Shown one piece after another: positions 35,036-52,294 of a stretch of 64,000 bases of DNA. The stretch comes from Chrysomallon squamiferum (lineage: Eukaryota > Animalia > Mollusca), in contig CM022672.1 in the NCBI GenBank assembly GCA_012295275.1, positions 30,442,001 through 30,506,000 on the forward strand. The letters are read 5' to 3'. The translations under genes were made by a program, and so were the position numbers. The notes under the pieces were generated by a model, which saw only the letters and a program-made list of their open reading frames with translations, ran no database searches and was not told the origin of the DNA. Each line of letters starts with the position of its first letter. Position 1 is the first letter of the stretch.

Positions 35036-36316
35036 AATGTGGTATACTGGCAAACCTTTTAAAAGATAAAATAACCAACATAAATATTACAAATATATAT
35101 ATATATATATTTTGTTTATGTCACACACACAAAAACACACACACATACACATAGACACACACACAAACATATATACGCACACATACACGTACACAAACTC
35201 ACGCACAAAAAGAAAACGTACCTGTTTATACGTCCGAAACGTGGACAAAAATCTCGCAAAATCCACAAAGCGACTTGAGAAAGTAAAATACCCACACACC
35301 TTATCTTACACGCAACAAACCAGGTGACGTCACCGAGATCTTCTCACCTTGAAGAGACCAGGTAAAAACTTGTGGTCAGGTAAAAATGTTCACCTGTATT
35401 GCATGAACGTAAGATAACTGTAGCAATACTACCGCGGGAACAATCCTGGTCGTATAATAAATATTGATTTTATTTTCTTTCAAGATACTGATTGTAACTT
35501 CTAGCGTTGTGTGCGAAGCCGAGTTCTGTTTCCCTCAAAACAGTCAGCTACAGTTAGTTTGTGTTGGTGCATCGCTTTGTAAGTCTTACCGATAAATTGC
35601 ATAGAAACCATAACTATTATTCGTTTTATTTGCGTTGTTGTTGTTGTTGCTGTTGTTGTTGTTGTTGTGGATGCTGTTTTTGTCGTTGTTGTTGTAGCCT
35701 CTTTTGTCTAACCGATACATTCCGTACAAACTGTAACTAGTTTTAGTATTATGTTGTTGTAGTTGTCGCTGCTGCTGCTGCTGTTTCTGAAGCACTACGT
35801 GTAGCCAGCCGGTGGATTCCTTGACTAACGAAACAAGACATTATTATTGTCGTTGTTGCTGTTGTTGTTCTGACTTTTAGTGCCTGGGATGAAACCAAGA
35901 GACAGTCTACAAACAACAGACAGACCTTAACACTGCTGTCTTTACTGTTGTTGTTGATCTCTGTAGCGCGCACACACACACACACACACACACGCACACA
36001 CGTCTACTTGCTGCACCGTACTAAATACGTTAATTTAATCGTTGCATGACGTGAGAACACGGAGTCAGTGTCGTACACTGCATGCAGTCTGTTAATCACA
36101 TAATTTATATTCACGACAGCAACACAAATCACAGCGACTCTCAGATATAAGCTGCTGACAACTTTGAAAAAAAAAAAAAAAAAAAAAAAAAAACGGAGAG
36201 ATTAAATTATTATGAATTACGTTTGCTCTCTTCACACCTGTTGACACACATGCTGCTGTCACGCCCTGGACCACGTGATGTACTTTACAAAACTCTCCAT
36301 GGTAACTGTGGCCGCG

Positions 36317-36367
<51 letters not shown>

Positions 36368-36438
36368 ACGACTAAGAAAGTAAGATTCGGGTATGTCGCA
36401 GGGACAGGGGGTGAGAGAAAAAGGGGGGAGAGAGAGAT

Positions 36439-36532
<94 letters not shown>

Positions 36533-36828
36533 GGGTTCATGATGGTGTACAGGGATATAAGTAGTCTATGGACTTGCTGTTAACAACAAAATTTCGCTTC
36601 TATACTAATTTATCGGCTAAGAATTAAATACTACAAAAACAGCAAAACTAACTAAATAAATAAATTAAAATATATAAGAATAAATAAATAAATAAATCTG
36701 TCAGCTACATGTAAAATGCAACAGCAGCAGCAGCAGCACAAACAGCAACAACGACACTTTATCATAACTATGGAGTAACAAACAATGTCCATCGCTTCTA
36801 CACTGAATAGAAGAAAAAAAGGCCACTA

Positions 36829-36923
36829 CCAGCTGGCGCATTTATGTGGCCCAAGGGTGGCCTCATCTGGCTAAAGATGACGTGAACTGGGCCACCTTTG
36901 GGCCACATAAATGTGCTAATTGG
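36829..36923. mobile_element. 95-bp foldback element (miniature MITE-like)
   Basis: 34-bp imperfect inverted repeats ccagctggcgcatttatgtggcccaagggtggcc / ggccacctttgggccacataaatgtgctaattgg. Confidence 0.7.
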
Positions 36924-37654
36924 CTTACATTACTGTTCAAGCTACGATCACTACTACTACTACAACAACTTCAAAAAGTAAAAACAAATATATAATAATA
37001 ATAAATAATAATAGTGAACATGTAAATGTGAAAGAATGCATTATTATGGGGAAAATTGAAATATGCGGGAAATTCACAAATTTACAAATATCTATGCTAA
37101 TGTTACTTACTGCTTATTTAATTAGCTCCACTGAATATTTTTAAAGCAGCTTCGTAATTGAAAAATAAATAAATAAATAAATAAAGAGACAGACAGACAG
37201 TCACACAAATACAAAACTACTACTAATAATAAATAAACAAATGTTTTCTTACCAGTAACAGAAATTAATATAAGCGAAATTTAACACTCACCTTTTTCAA
37301 TTCACCTACAGAAAAACAGTTCATCACTTAACAGGCCTTCACAGATTTCGACACTTTGCTGCCTAGCAACTTCGCAATTGTAGCGCTAGGTCAGTTAAGA
37401 AAAACGTCATAAATGTGACAGTTGTCAACCCTTTTCACGAAAGTGGGAGACAAATGCTTACCTTGAAAAGATTCTTAACAACAAAACTTTACAACTATTT
37501 AACCACGTTGAGAAAATGCCATGTACTAGATATACGTTACGCTCTGAATAGCTCGACATCTAATAGCTTAATCCTAGTTTCATGTCCTCATTTCTGTCAA
37601 ATTTTTCTATATATAGCTGCTTCCTGTTAAATGAATTACTGTTATGTAAACACA

Positions 37655-37761
<107 letters not shown>

Positions 37762-38001
37762 AACAGAGATCAAGTAATTTCAGTATCCATTTAAACTTTT
37801 TAATTAATATTATTTTAAAATAATATACGTCACATATGCAGGCTATACGTATATCTTGATATAAACTTAAGACAGAAGTGGACATATAGGCTCCGCTGTT
37901 TATGAAAGACATTCCCACGCACTCGAGTACACAAACAAGTACACACACAAACACCCCAAGAACGTGCCCACATCCACAAACAAATACACATCAATGTAAC
38001 T

Positions 38002-38029
38002 ATATCAGTATCTACATATTTATATGCAT

Positions 38030-38070
<41 letters not shown>

Positions 38071-38270
38071 TATCTACATATTGATATGCATCAATATATA
38101 TATATATATATCAGTATCTACATATTAATATGATCAATATATATATATATACCAGTATCTACATATTAATATGATCAATATATATATATATATCAGTATC
38201 TACATATTGATATGCATCAATATATATATATATATCAGTATCAATATATTGATATACATCAGTATATATC
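38002..38270. repeat. Minisatellite with embedded (TA)n, about 6 copies
   Basis: tatcagtatctacatattgatatgcatcaa(ta)n. Confidence 0.9.
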
Positions 38271-38486
38271 TTAGTCTTGCAGATATATACACACCCATAT
38301 ACATCTATATCTACAAATACATTTATATCTACATAATATAAACATCAGTCTATATCAATATTTACACATATATGCACACAATATACATATACATATCTGT
38401 ACAGCTATACACTTCAATATATATCCATATCTACATAAATAAACATCAACTGTATCAATGTCTGTGGTACACACATGTACAATGTA

Positions 38487-38586
<100 letters not shown>

Positions 38587-38911
38587 ACACACAGACACAT
38601 CATACATTCTATTATTATATACAACATATTAATACTTACAACATTAGATGGTTCTTATATATATATATATATATATTCTGTGTGTGGGCACAAACATATA
38701 CATAAAATACATGCAGAAAAAAAATAGTACCATGTGTTACCAAGTATATTAACAATGATAATTAAACATCAACGTGAACACAAAGAAAGAAAAATAGGAT
38801 ACAATACACAAGTGCACATTTGGTATTGAGTGGAATTCTTTTTCTCAGATATTATTGTTTTTGCAAAGTGTTTTTCTAAGAAGTCTTTGAAATTATTTGT
38901 TAAATAAAAAA

Positions 38912-38950
<39 letters not shown>

Positions 38951-39056
38951 ATTAAAATCTATAAAATAAGTAAATAATAATAATAATAATAATTTTCTAC
39001 AAAGCATTATTTTGGAAGCATTTGATTAAAAAAAAATAAAATAAATAAATAATAAC

Positions 39057-39166
<110 letters not shown>

Positions 39167-39722
39167 CACTATTCTTGAACTTTGACCCGTCGTTATCTCA
39201 TCGAGTGTTACGTACACATCAAACATTTTGCTATCAGCAGGTGAAAGTAACCGCTACGACTTCTCTTAACAACCCTGTCGGTCAGGAAGATTTTCGTGTG
39301 TGCGTGTTAACAGTTACCACAGGCAGTAAAATACTGTCATTATTCGTGCTGGTCGCCAAAACCCAAGAAACCAAGTCGTTAGGAATTCAGGATGATGGCA
39401 GAACTGTGTTGTTAATCCACAGGTGATTATGTTCACGCAGGAGGAACGAAACGTCACAGCAGGAAGGCCATGATTTATGCTTCGTCCAGAGGCGAGATTT
39501 ATGATGTGTAACAATTGTTCGTTATAACGATAAATATAAACGTTATAATCTCAGAGTAATAGAGGAAAAACTAATACGAATACCACTAGTAATATAGCAA
39601 TAATCAAACAGTAGCAGCAATAACAATATAATAATAATAACAGTACTAGTAGTAGTAGTATTAATACTAAAACGAAAACTAATAATGATGATACTACTAC
39701 TGCTACTATTACTATTAATAAA

Positions 39723-39777
<55 letters not shown>

Positions 39778-40542
39778 TTTCACAATCATCAAAATGAAAT
39801 TACAAATCACGTTATGAAAATATATTTTTATGCCTAATTTTCTGAACCAAAACATTATTTGTTTTAACTAGCGACTAAAAAATATTTTCGTATATTTCAG
39901 CACCGCAGATAACCTTCGACCTTTGACCTGGGTGCTCTAGTACTATTTACCGTACGCAAACCTTCCTCTTCTGCGTGTTGCAACTGTTCTAGGTTAGATT
40001 CACTAGAATGACCGATTAAATTTGGAAGAGTTCATTATGTTTTATATTTAGCTGAAATTATCAAAACTGTTTTTTTTCTTCCTTTACTGTTTTTGTTTAA
40101 TTATTTATTTATTTATTTTAAATTGTTTTTATTATTATTTTATTTATTTAATATATATATATTTTTATTATTATTTTATATATTATTATATATATATATA
40201 TTTTTATTATTATTTTATTTATTTAATTTTTTTTTTTTTACATGAATTTATGAACTCTCGCTGATATGAAAAGCCGATAAAATATCAGTTGCTCAGAACA
40301 TTATTTATTTATTTATTTATTTATTTATTATTTATTTTATTTTACTTACTTGGTTTTAATAATAATGGATTCTTTTTTTTTTTTTTTTTTTTTTTTTTTT
40401 GCAGCTTGTAGTATTAAACTGCAGATTTTCGATTTGCATAGTGTTATAATAAAACAAATGTCTAGCATTTTGTTTTTTCATCTCGATGTTTCAAATTAAC
40501 AATATCAGAAACAACAACAACAATAACAACAACAATAATAAT

Positions 40543-40575
<33 letters not shown>

Positions 40576-40937
40576 AATAATAATAATAACAGCAACAGTG
40601 ATGATGATGACGATTATTTTTGTATTTTTAACGACGCAAGGGACTTTCTTGTAAGGCGCGAAAAAGCAGACGAAAGGGGATCCGTGTAACCAAAACTGAT
40701 CACGTGACTTCTCTGATGCTGATTTGCTGGATGTAAAGGACAAAGAAAAAGAACGTGCCACTGAGAGTTAATCGTGTGACGTCATTAAGAATATCACTGC
40801 TAATTATGCCATCTACGTTCAGTCACTTTTGCACTATGATAAAATAAGAGAATATTTTGTCATAGTTTTAGGTGATTCTGGCTGTCACGCACACCTACGA
40901 ATGCACGCGACAGTTTGGCACTGCAGGGCATAATGAC

Positions 40938-41125
40938 CAGATTATTGATAATCTTTAGCTCTTTAATTGATAAAACAGATTATTGATAATCAATCTTTGA
41001 CTCGCTAACTGATAAAAAGATTATTGATAATCTTTGACTCTTTAATTGATAAAACAGATTATTGATCATCTTTGACTCGCTAACTGATAAAACAGGTTAT
41101 CGATTATCTTTGACTCACTAATTAT
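40938..41125. repeat. Minisatellite, about 38 bp x5
   Basis: gattattgataatctttgactcgctaactgataaaaca. Confidence 0.9.
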
Positions 41126-41502
41126 ATATAGTCCTTACCTCAAACTACTATCAGCTGTCATAAACGTAAGTTTGGGAATAACTGGTTATTGTTTATTTTA
41201 AATAACCTTTATCTCGCGAAGATGAGAATGCAGATTTGAAGCGATGCTCTGTCGAGCTGAAATCGCCATTCAATATGAACAAGATAACGCTAAAAACTTG
41301 AAAATAATAGCTACTTATTTCTTTTATCCTACAAAATTAAATAATACAAAAACTAAAATAAAACTATTTTATTTCCGAGCTCTCCGCTGTCGACAAGTAA
41401 CAGATCTAGGTGTATTGATTTTGTTGTCGCTACACATCAACATAAAACAGTTATTAAAGAACAACAATTCATTTGTTATTATTTAAATCAGCAATAAAAA
41501 GC

Positions 41503-41561
<59 letters not shown>

Positions 41562-41725
41562 AAGAACTTTGTTTCTATAAAAAAAAAATTATACTTATTA
41601 ATCATATATATTCTTTGCACATAATAAAGTTTCACAGTAACCGTAAAAACGTATGAATGCTACTCTGTTGTTTTATTTGTTGTGCTCTGTGACGTCATGT
41701 TTGATATCCTAAAAAAAAAAAAAAA

Positions 41726-41760
<35 letters not shown>

Positions 41761-41787
41761 TGTGTGTTAGTGTGAGTGGTGTGTGTA

Positions 41788-41883
<96 letters not shown>

Positions 41884-42481
41884 ATTTTAATCGATAGTAA
41901 ACTAAGTAATAATGACCCGAGCCCGTTATTGTCATACTTTATTGTTAGCAAACGATGATTGTTACGAATTATCACACATAATTAGAATTAGATGTTTCCA
42001 TTGCTGTGATGCAATCGAAATGATAACCGTAATGCAGTCAGTCAAACAGTCATTTGTGTGAGCTGTATTTAGATTACGTCTCAACTCGTCTACAAACGTC
42101 CTTATCGAGAAACTAAACTACGAGACCAAAGTACGTCTGTCTGCGCTTATGAACGTTGCGTTTCGTTTTTTTTTTTAATTTTCTTTTTAAATTTATTTAT
42201 TTATTTTACGTTAATTTATCTTTTATCATCCCTGGAGATTGTGGTATGTATTTAATTTAAAATAACAAACGTCATTTGTTATTTTTTTGGCATTACGTGG
42301 TTTGCAGTGTAATTGCTGGAAAAAGAAACGAAATAGAAAGGAAATTAAAAGAGAAAATATTCGTGAAATAAACGCTGTTGGAATGAATCTTTATTGTTAC
42401 TTTTTAGTGGCTCTGTAATTTATCGCAGCACTGAAATTAAAAAAAAAAAAAAAAATGTTCGTTACTTTGTCAGTTAAAAAA

Positions 42482-42516
<35 letters not shown>

Positions 42517-43889
42517 AATAAAATAAAATAAAATAAAATAAAAGAAAAGAAAATAAAGAATATATAATAAAAAGAAAAAAAAGAAGAAAATTGAAAAAAT
42601 ATTCTGTTAAAATCGATATATAAATTATTATTTTCTATTCATTTCTGATAAAACTGTTGTACATTCCTTTTTTTTTCTTTTTCTTTTTATGACGCAGCTT
42701 AGTCAACATAAACTCAAACTGCCATTGTAATATTTACTGCGAACAGACCACGATTTTTTCTTGTCATGCAGAATGTTTGAAAATTGTTTTTCGTTGACTC
42801 ATTCGTAATCTGCGAAAAATTATTCTACTCGGGTTTTCTCTGGTACGTTTTATCACAGGTCGCTGAAAGAGTTTGTCTGTTTTGTCTGTTTGTTTGTGCG
42901 TGAGTGCGTGTGTGTGCACGTGTGCGAGTGACTGCCTTTGCGTGAGGATGTGCGTGCTTCTGGGTATGCGTATCTATAGCAACGTATGTATGAATATGCT
43001 TGTGATCGTGTCTGTATTTTAATGTATGCGTACTGAGGTATTTGAAAAGAAACACTATGTTTGTGTATGTATCTACACTGTCTATATATAATATATATAT
43101 ATATTGTCCATATATAAAATCTGAAGGTTAAATATATTAAATACAAGCGAACACAAACACACACGCCCCCAATAACGCACAAATACATACAAAGGCACAT
43201 ACATCAACATAAACAACACACACACACACATGTGTGAATATGCATATACAATTTCTGAGATTTTGTTTAGTTATTTGTGCGAAATGACACTGGGACGTAG
43301 AAAACTCAGTGAAGCGAATATGGACGATGTCACATGATCTGACGAAAAAGCCAAGTTAACAATACAAGACAGTAGCAATGTTGAAAAGCTTGCGAGATCT
43401 TTGTAAATAATACTTTAACACCATTATTTACTAGATTTCGGTGTGTGAAAGTTAGACGTTTTTATCACACACACACATACACAACATACACACACAACAC
43501 ACACACACTCACACACGCACACACACATAAATTATATTTCAGCGAATATTTGTTTTTGTTGTTTGTTTTTTTCCTCTTTTTTTTCTTTTTGCAGGGTAAC
43601 AAAGGTGAATCAGTTAATCTGTTCTACTCTCAAAAGTCACAACAAAGCATGTCAAAATAACGCAAGGAAACTGATTTTATCATTTAAAAAGTTCAGTATA
43701 CGCGTCCATTGAAAAAGTAGTACAAAACAGGAATGAAGTACGTATATGAAATGATATCTAGCAAGTGTATAAAGGTAGTTGTAGTGTCTGGTTTTTTTAG
43801 ATAAATAATACAAAACTGTACAAGTAAAAAATAGTCTACATTTGTACTGATTAAAACAATTAAAAATACACACGAACAGGGTTAGTGAA

Positions 43890-43971
<82 letters not shown>

Positions 43972-45101
43972 TATTTTATATTTTGTTGTTATTATAATTA
44001 TTATTATTGCTACTGTTTCACTATATATGAGCAAAAAGCATCTCTCTCTCTCCACACACACACACGCACACGCACACGCACACACACACACACGCACACG
44101 GAAAAAAAAAAGAAAAATATAAGTCGTAACATAATAACAAATAATAATATAAAGCAACTTCACATCGAACTCTTTCGCATTCACGTTCAAAACGTTAACT
44201 GAACACAACTCGACTTGTGTGCATCAAACGATGACGGAAACGTACATAATAAATCTACAAGAGAGACTAACTTAAAAAACTGACAGTTCACTCAAGCGAA
44301 TCATGACTGTCTTGGTTTACTGGTTAGTGGATAAACAGAGCGTGTCAGGTGAGAGATACTTTTAATGTCAGCAAGAATAGCCTGAAGATACGAGTTGAAT
44401 CTTGTTTGCATTTGTTCTGTGTTATCTTCACATCTCTTTAGAAAAGGTAAACAAAAAAAAAAAAAAAAAAAATATAGAGAGCAGTTTTGAAACTGAATAA
44501 ATTTGAAAATAAAGTAGAGAGAGATAAAAAAAAAAGTAAAAAAGAACTGAAGTAAATAAAATAAAGAAAAACATGAAGAGTCTAAATAAACAAAAATAAA
44601 ACTGACATTATAAATAGTTACTGAGAACTGAGAAATTTAAATAAATAAATAAATAAATAAACAGCTAGATAGACAGAGAGATAGATACATAGACAAATAT
44701 ACAGAAAGAGACAAAAAAATAAACAAACAAACAAACAAATAAACAAACAAATAAAGAAAAGAAAGAAACAAAGAAATATGAAATAACCTATATATTTGAG
44801 AGAAACATTGGCGTTAATACTGAAAACTGAATTACCGTTATAAATTTTCGTTAATTGGTCATCAGCCATAAACTAGTCTGGCATAACCTACTTGACTACG
44901 TGTATGCACAGAAAGTATTTGTATTTCAGACTGATAACATAACAGTTTCAGATATGATATAAATTACTAGATACCAGGAGTATTTGCACTGTTTTCATAG
45001 CTTGAACTAAGTTTCGGTTACTAGTAGAAACATATTATTTAGCAGAAAGTCAAGTACGTACATATATCGAAAACTCGAAAACAAGAATACAGAGTGATGC
45101 T

Positions 45102-45265
<164 letters not shown>

Positions 45266-45625
45266 AATCTTGTTACAAAAACAATGAAATACAACAGCTG
45301 GACAATACTAATAAGTAGCAGTATAAAAATAATAAACTAATAGATAAATAAATAAATAAAACATAAATTAATAATTTACAACAGCAACAATAATAATAAT
45401 CATTGCAACAAAGTACGATAGTAGTATTTAATAACAGTACGCTCAACCATATGTTGACGTGCACGTTGTTGTAGCTGTTATAAAATAATTTCCTACACGC
45501 TTGTCACAGCTACTTATAAATAATAATCATGCCAACAGGTGCATGCAGAAGTATACATTATAAAATACCTTGACAGCAGTTTTAATAATACTAATAATAC
45601 TGACAAAAGTAACAATAGTAAAGAT

Positions 45626-45701
<76 letters not shown>

Positions 45702-48269
45702 AACAAATATATAAATAAACAGTCAGAGAACTAAAATATAAAAAGCAAATTTAAATAAAAAAATAACAAGAAGGAAAAAGAAATGACAAAAAATAAATTA
45801 CCGTTTCAAAATCGTTAACGTACAGACTGCAAACTATTTGCTTACCTGTTTAAAATCTAACCCACGTGTAGGTAAATCAACAGGCAGGAACACCTAATCC
45901 TCGTAACGACAATATGACAGGCAGTCAGTCAGACCTTCGCTCTGCTTCAACGCGAACAGACTCGTAACCGAGTGAAACGAAACTAACGTCAAAACGCCGA
46001 TACCGCGGAGAAAAGTCGACCTGACTGGAAAAATACGCGTAAACTTTTACACACTTGTTTTTTTTTTTTCACCCTGACTACGCTTGACAAATAAATTAGT
46101 TCTGGTACAGTTTTACGTACCTGCGCGCACCTTTAACTCCGCTGACAGGTTTTCGAAAGAAACGCTTCCCCGTTGGCCACGTTGTCTTGTCCAGTGCAAG
46201 GGTGTTTCACGGTCATTGAACCGTGACGTGGACGCTAGTCTCAACCGTTAACCTTGTTCCGCGTAGCCTGCCCGCCGGTGACTGTATTTTCTAAGTGACA
46301 GGCTGATTATGAGAATATAGCGTTTACCGGGTTATGACTATTTTTTTTTTTTTTTTTTTTTGACAAATCGTTCTTTCCCACAACACGAAAATAGCACAGT
46401 AACGAAAACGTATAGAGTAAGTTAGTTAAGTCAACCGTGTTATTTACTTCCCCTTATGTTTTTATTATTATTATTATTTTTTTAAACTTTGAAAAGTTAA
46501 AAGAATACTAAATAAATAAATAATAAATACCACTATTCCTACTACCACTACTACTATTACTACTACTACTAGTTTTTCTAGTTAGTACTACTTCTTCTAA
46601 TAATAATAATAAATAAATAATAACAACAATAATAAAAAACTAATACTGCTACTTCGACTAATGCTGCTGCTACTACTACTACTACTTCTAATAATAAATA
46701 AATAAATAACAATAGTAATAATGAATACTACAACTACTACTATTACTACTTCTAATAATAATAATAATAATAATAATCATAATAATAATAATAATAATAT
46801 AAAATAATTACGTAACTGAGTTTATTTTTTTAATACTGTGTTCTAAAATGCTGTGTCAAATCTCTTAACAATTTATTACTTAAAAAATAAAATACACACA
46901 CACACACACTCATCCACACAGATACATTCATACACACACGTTTATATATATATTTTTTATTATTATTGTTTTATTAATTTATTTATATATTCTGTTTTTA
47001 ATTTATTAAAATGATTATTTCATTTATTTTCTTTTATTATTATTGTTTTATTTATATTTATTTATTTATTTATTTATTCTGTTTTTAATTTATTATAATT
47101 ATTATTTTATTTTTATATTCTTTTATTATTATTGTTTAATTTTTCTTGTTTATTTATTTATTCTGTTTTTAATTTATTACAATAATTGTTATTTTATTTA
47201 TTTAACAGTTATTATTATAACTTTATATAGGTTTTTTTTTTTATTATTTTTTTTTTTTTTCACTTTCATAGATTATTGGAAAACAACATCTGTGTACACA
47301 TACAAGATTTTGATTGTCGGAGCAATACATTATAAATGGATCAATATAATCTTAAAATAAGAAATAAAACGATAATCACACACGTACAGACAACACAGAC
47401 AGTCACACACACACACACACACAATAAACAGACACACAGCCATACAAACATAAATTAGTTCACATTTTTTTTTTTTTTTTTTCCGATTCAATTAATTCTG
47501 AATAAAGACTGGTATCTGATTAAAGGCGATCTGTTGTAACTTATCAACTAATCTTGTAATTTAGGTCTTAGAGTAAATATTTTATTTAATATATCATTTA
47601 ACAAAGACCTTTTTGTCACAATCACCTTTGTTTTGTCCTTAAATGTACTTATCCCTTGGTTCTGTGTATATACATACATTCTATGTGTGTTGTGTATACA
47701 TATGCTCTATGTGCTGTGTGCACGTATAGTTTGTATATGTTCTGGGTACATATGTATATTCTTTCTGTATTGTGTATCCATATGTTCTGTGTATATATAT
47801 ATATATATATATAGTCTGTGTATGTGATGTATCCTATGTTTTGTGTATATACGTATAGTCTGTGGCTGTTGTATATATGAGTATTCTGTGTGTACACGTG
47901 TTTCATATGTGTTGTTCATGTGTGTTGTATTATATGTGTGCTGTCTTTGTTCAGTGAGACTAATGTGATAATTGAGACAATTCTCGCGGACGGTGTATGT
48001 GTTTATTTGTAAGTAAAGAGACGTCTTAACATTAATATATGATACTCGATCATGGTAGTTAGAATGAATATCTCCGTAGCACGTCCATTGTGAATGTACA
48101 TCACAGCTAGCGAGACTGGGTGGGGGTCACAGACAAGCAAACACAAATCTCACTTCTGAGTTTGCTCAGGTAAATAAATAAAGAATCGTGCTGGATTAAT
48201 TAAAAGCAGCTCGCGGAATTCTGACTTACTTTGACAATGTGGCTGTTGTTTGCCAGACAAGTCTTTGGT

Positions 48270-48362
<93 letters not shown>

Positions 48363-48410
48363 GATAATTAATATAGTGAACTTTTCCTTAATGAAAATAG
48401 TTTCTGTGTT

Positions 48411-48441
<31 letters not shown>

Positions 48442-48469
48442 GACATATTACATAGATGCATGAATACAT

Positions 48470-48529
<60 letters not shown>

Positions 48530-49000
48530 TCAGAGAAGAGGTTTGTTATTTACTTCTGTTGGTTTATTCTAATTGTTCACCTTTTCTACTGTGTTGGGTC
48601 TATCTGTGTGTTTTGTATTCTATGTTTGTTTACACGTATGTCATATACTGTGTTCATATACTGTGTTCATATATGTGTTGATAGGTGGGCGTGGATGCGT
48701 CTGTTTGTCGTATTTCTATGCGTGTCAGTATCTCTATCTGTCTGTTAATTAGAGCCATTTACTATATCAGTATGTATGCCGGGGTGGGCAAGGGCGGGTG
48801 TTCGGGGAAATGACCCCTTGAACATTTTGGAAGACAGGTACTGGGAAAAATGATTTTTAATTGTGATAACTGTGATATTTAAGTAATAAATTGTGTTGTG
48901 TTTTGCAATACAAATAAAATTTTGTCAAATGGCAAAATTCTTTGAACGGCGACCTCACCAAGCAATGATACTACAGCAACTACTACTGCTACTGCTACTT

Positions 49001-49033
<33 letters not shown>

Positions 49034-49285
49034 ATACTAATACTACAACAAATATTGTAGTGGCTGCTACTGCTTTCGCTACTACTGTTACTGCAATACT
49101 ATAGTTACTACTACAGCTATTACTATTATTATTACTACTGCTACTACTACAACTACAACTCCTACATACCATTAAAACTACTACTGCTGCTGTGTCCAGA
49201 GTTATTGTAAATTTATTATACGTTATTTTATTAACTGTAATAAAATAGCGTATATTAAATAACGGCTGATAATAGCCACCATCAC

Positions 49286-49325
<40 letters not shown>

Positions 49326-50109
49326 GTCGTCATCAGCATTATTAAAAGCGCTCTGATGGAAACAACATTATTTTGAACTGTTTTAAAAACAATGTCACTG
49401 ACCATATGAAAAAACGATAGATGAAATAACTCACATTAGCTATATTTGAAATTTCTGTTTCTGCCTTAGCTTTTTTTCTTTTCTTCTTCTTCTTCTTCTT
49501 TTTTCTGCTTCTTTTTTGTTGTTTTTGTTTTTGTCTTGGTTTTTGTTTTTAAATTATTATTTGAGAAAAAAAAACATCTATAAGAATTTCTACCATCTGT
49601 TGCCGTATTAAGTTCAGTTCAGTTATTATAACAAATATTTAAAAGTGTACAAACCGAAAGTAATTTGATACCTCATCATTTGTCTATATCACTTCCATAT
49701 GTGTGTGTTTTTGCGTTTCTGTATGTATGTATACATATATGTAAATATAGTTACAGATATAGACACACACACACACAACACACACGTGTGTGTGTGTGGG
49801 TCTGTGTGTTAGATGATATATGCACATATATGTGTATGTGTGTGTATGTGCGTGTATGTCTCTGTGTGTGTGTGTATATATATAAACATGTATATATTTT
49901 TTCAGTTATCCTATACAGCAGTTTCTGTGCTTGAAGATGTGTAAAATCGTAAGTTTAATTTATTGAAACAGCAGATTAAATTATCAATGTATGAATGAAT
50001 GAATGAATGAATGAATGTCCCAAATAAGTAAACAATGACACAAATAAATGAAACAATAAAACCATTTTAAAAATAATAATAATAATAAATAAACAAATAA
50101 ATAAATCAA

Positions 50110-50180
<71 letters not shown>

Positions 50181-51206
50181 AATAAATAAATAAATACTAG
50201 ATTGGATTTTTGAAGCATGAATAAACTGGTAATAATTTATTTTGAATGACAAAATCGATATATATATATATATGGTAAGTCAGCTATTGAAAAAACAAAC
50301 AATCGCGCAATGCAGATACAAATATAAAGAAATACACACACACGCATTGTTAGCTTATATAAAAGCAAAGTTATACATATATATATATATAACTTTGCTT
50401 TTATTATTACGGCCACCCATAAATATATATGCAAAGAATATATATTTATACAGTAAGTGTGTGTGTGTGTGTGTACTTGTATATAAGTATGAATGTATGT
50501 TTGCTTTTGTTAATTTTTGTTACAGATACGAACACGTACAACATACAGACAAAAACACAGACACACAGATACATACTCACACACTCATACATAAATTCAT
50601 AGCCAGACGCACATACACTCACTCATATATATACTCACACACACACACACACACACATTTTTTATTATGATCGAAAACAAGACACTGGGATTTTAACGCT
50701 ACTGAACAAAATTTTCATTGATTTTTCATTCATCGTTTTCATTCCACGTGATTCTGATATGCTTCATGCTTACTTGAATACTTACAACAGTTAATGATTA
50801 ACATTGCATCAAGAAATTAAAAATACATATAAAGTTGGAGTTGCAGAGAAGGATCCAGTCTGACAGAGCGAGAAATGGTCGTGTAGGAAAAAAAAGAAAA
50901 CATGGAGGATATTTTTGGTGCACTGTTTAACAAAGGTTACTAACAACAAAACCGCTTCCATTTGTCCCGGTTACGCTAAAGATGTTTCTGCTTTGTTTAC
51001 GCCAAATGGCGGCCCCAGTGAGAGATCAAATTTTGAATAATAAATATCTTACCTTCTAAATTTTCAATTCGGCCACCTAAACATCCTCCATGATGTACGA
51101 TGAATGACGTCACTGAATGGGACGTCTAGGAACACGTATCGAGTGCTGATGTCATTCAAGCCTTCCGTAAAAAGTTTCCAAACGAATCTTTCCGGAAAGT
51201 TCCGAA

Positions 51207-51342
<136 letters not shown>

Positions 51343-52257
51343 ATGTAAGTATCTATCTCTGTTAATAGTAAAAAATATATATATGCACTTTACTTACATT
51401 GCTGATCTGTGTATGAACATAATGAATATTTTAATAATACTGTAAACAGGTTCACTTTAAAAATAAATAAATAAATTCAAATAATGTGTGTTTTAATTAG
51501 AATGATTTATTACACCAGCTGTTGTATTGCATATGTCATTTTTATTCATTCATTCACTTACTTATTTACTTATTTATTTAAGTGGCACATGGCGATACAT
51601 TTTTTTTAGTAAAACAAAAATGGGATGTGAGAAAACGTAAACTGAGTTATAGATATTTTTATTTTTATCGCTCGATAACATGCTAACTAATAGCGAACGA
51701 ATTTAAATGAAAAAAAAAGAGTAAATAATAATAATAATAATAAAAAAATAAATCAATCTAATCGTTAACCCGTTAACATCGCCTCTGTTCTAATCATTCG
51801 CTTCTACTCGAAGTACTGCAGGAGAAATGTTTGTTTTCAATTCAAAGATAAAAAAAAAATAATAAAAAATAATAATATAAAAAATTAAAAATGAATAAAA
51901 AGATAAAAAAAAAAATAATAAAAAAAAAATAAAATAAAAAATAAAAATAATAAAAAAATAAAAATAAAAAATAATAATAAAAAATATAAAAAAAAAAAAA
52001 AAAATAATAAAAAAGATAAAAATAAAAAATAATAATATAAAAAATATAAAATAAAAAATAAAAATAATAAAAAAGATAAAAATAAAAAATAATAATATAA
52101 AAGATTGATATATTATTGCTTTATTGGTTGAAATGTTTGCATTTACAAAGTTACTGGAGTACAGTCAATATTTGATGTCGAGATCTTATTGTTTCAAAAT
52201 AATCAAAACATTAGACATACATACACACATACATACATACACACATACACATATACA

Positions 52258-52294
<37 letters not shown>

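Noticed and set aside
48780-48830. G-rich patch as a GC-box promoter or G-quadruplex
   Set aside because: Isolated and short; more likely a fragment of an interspersed repeat
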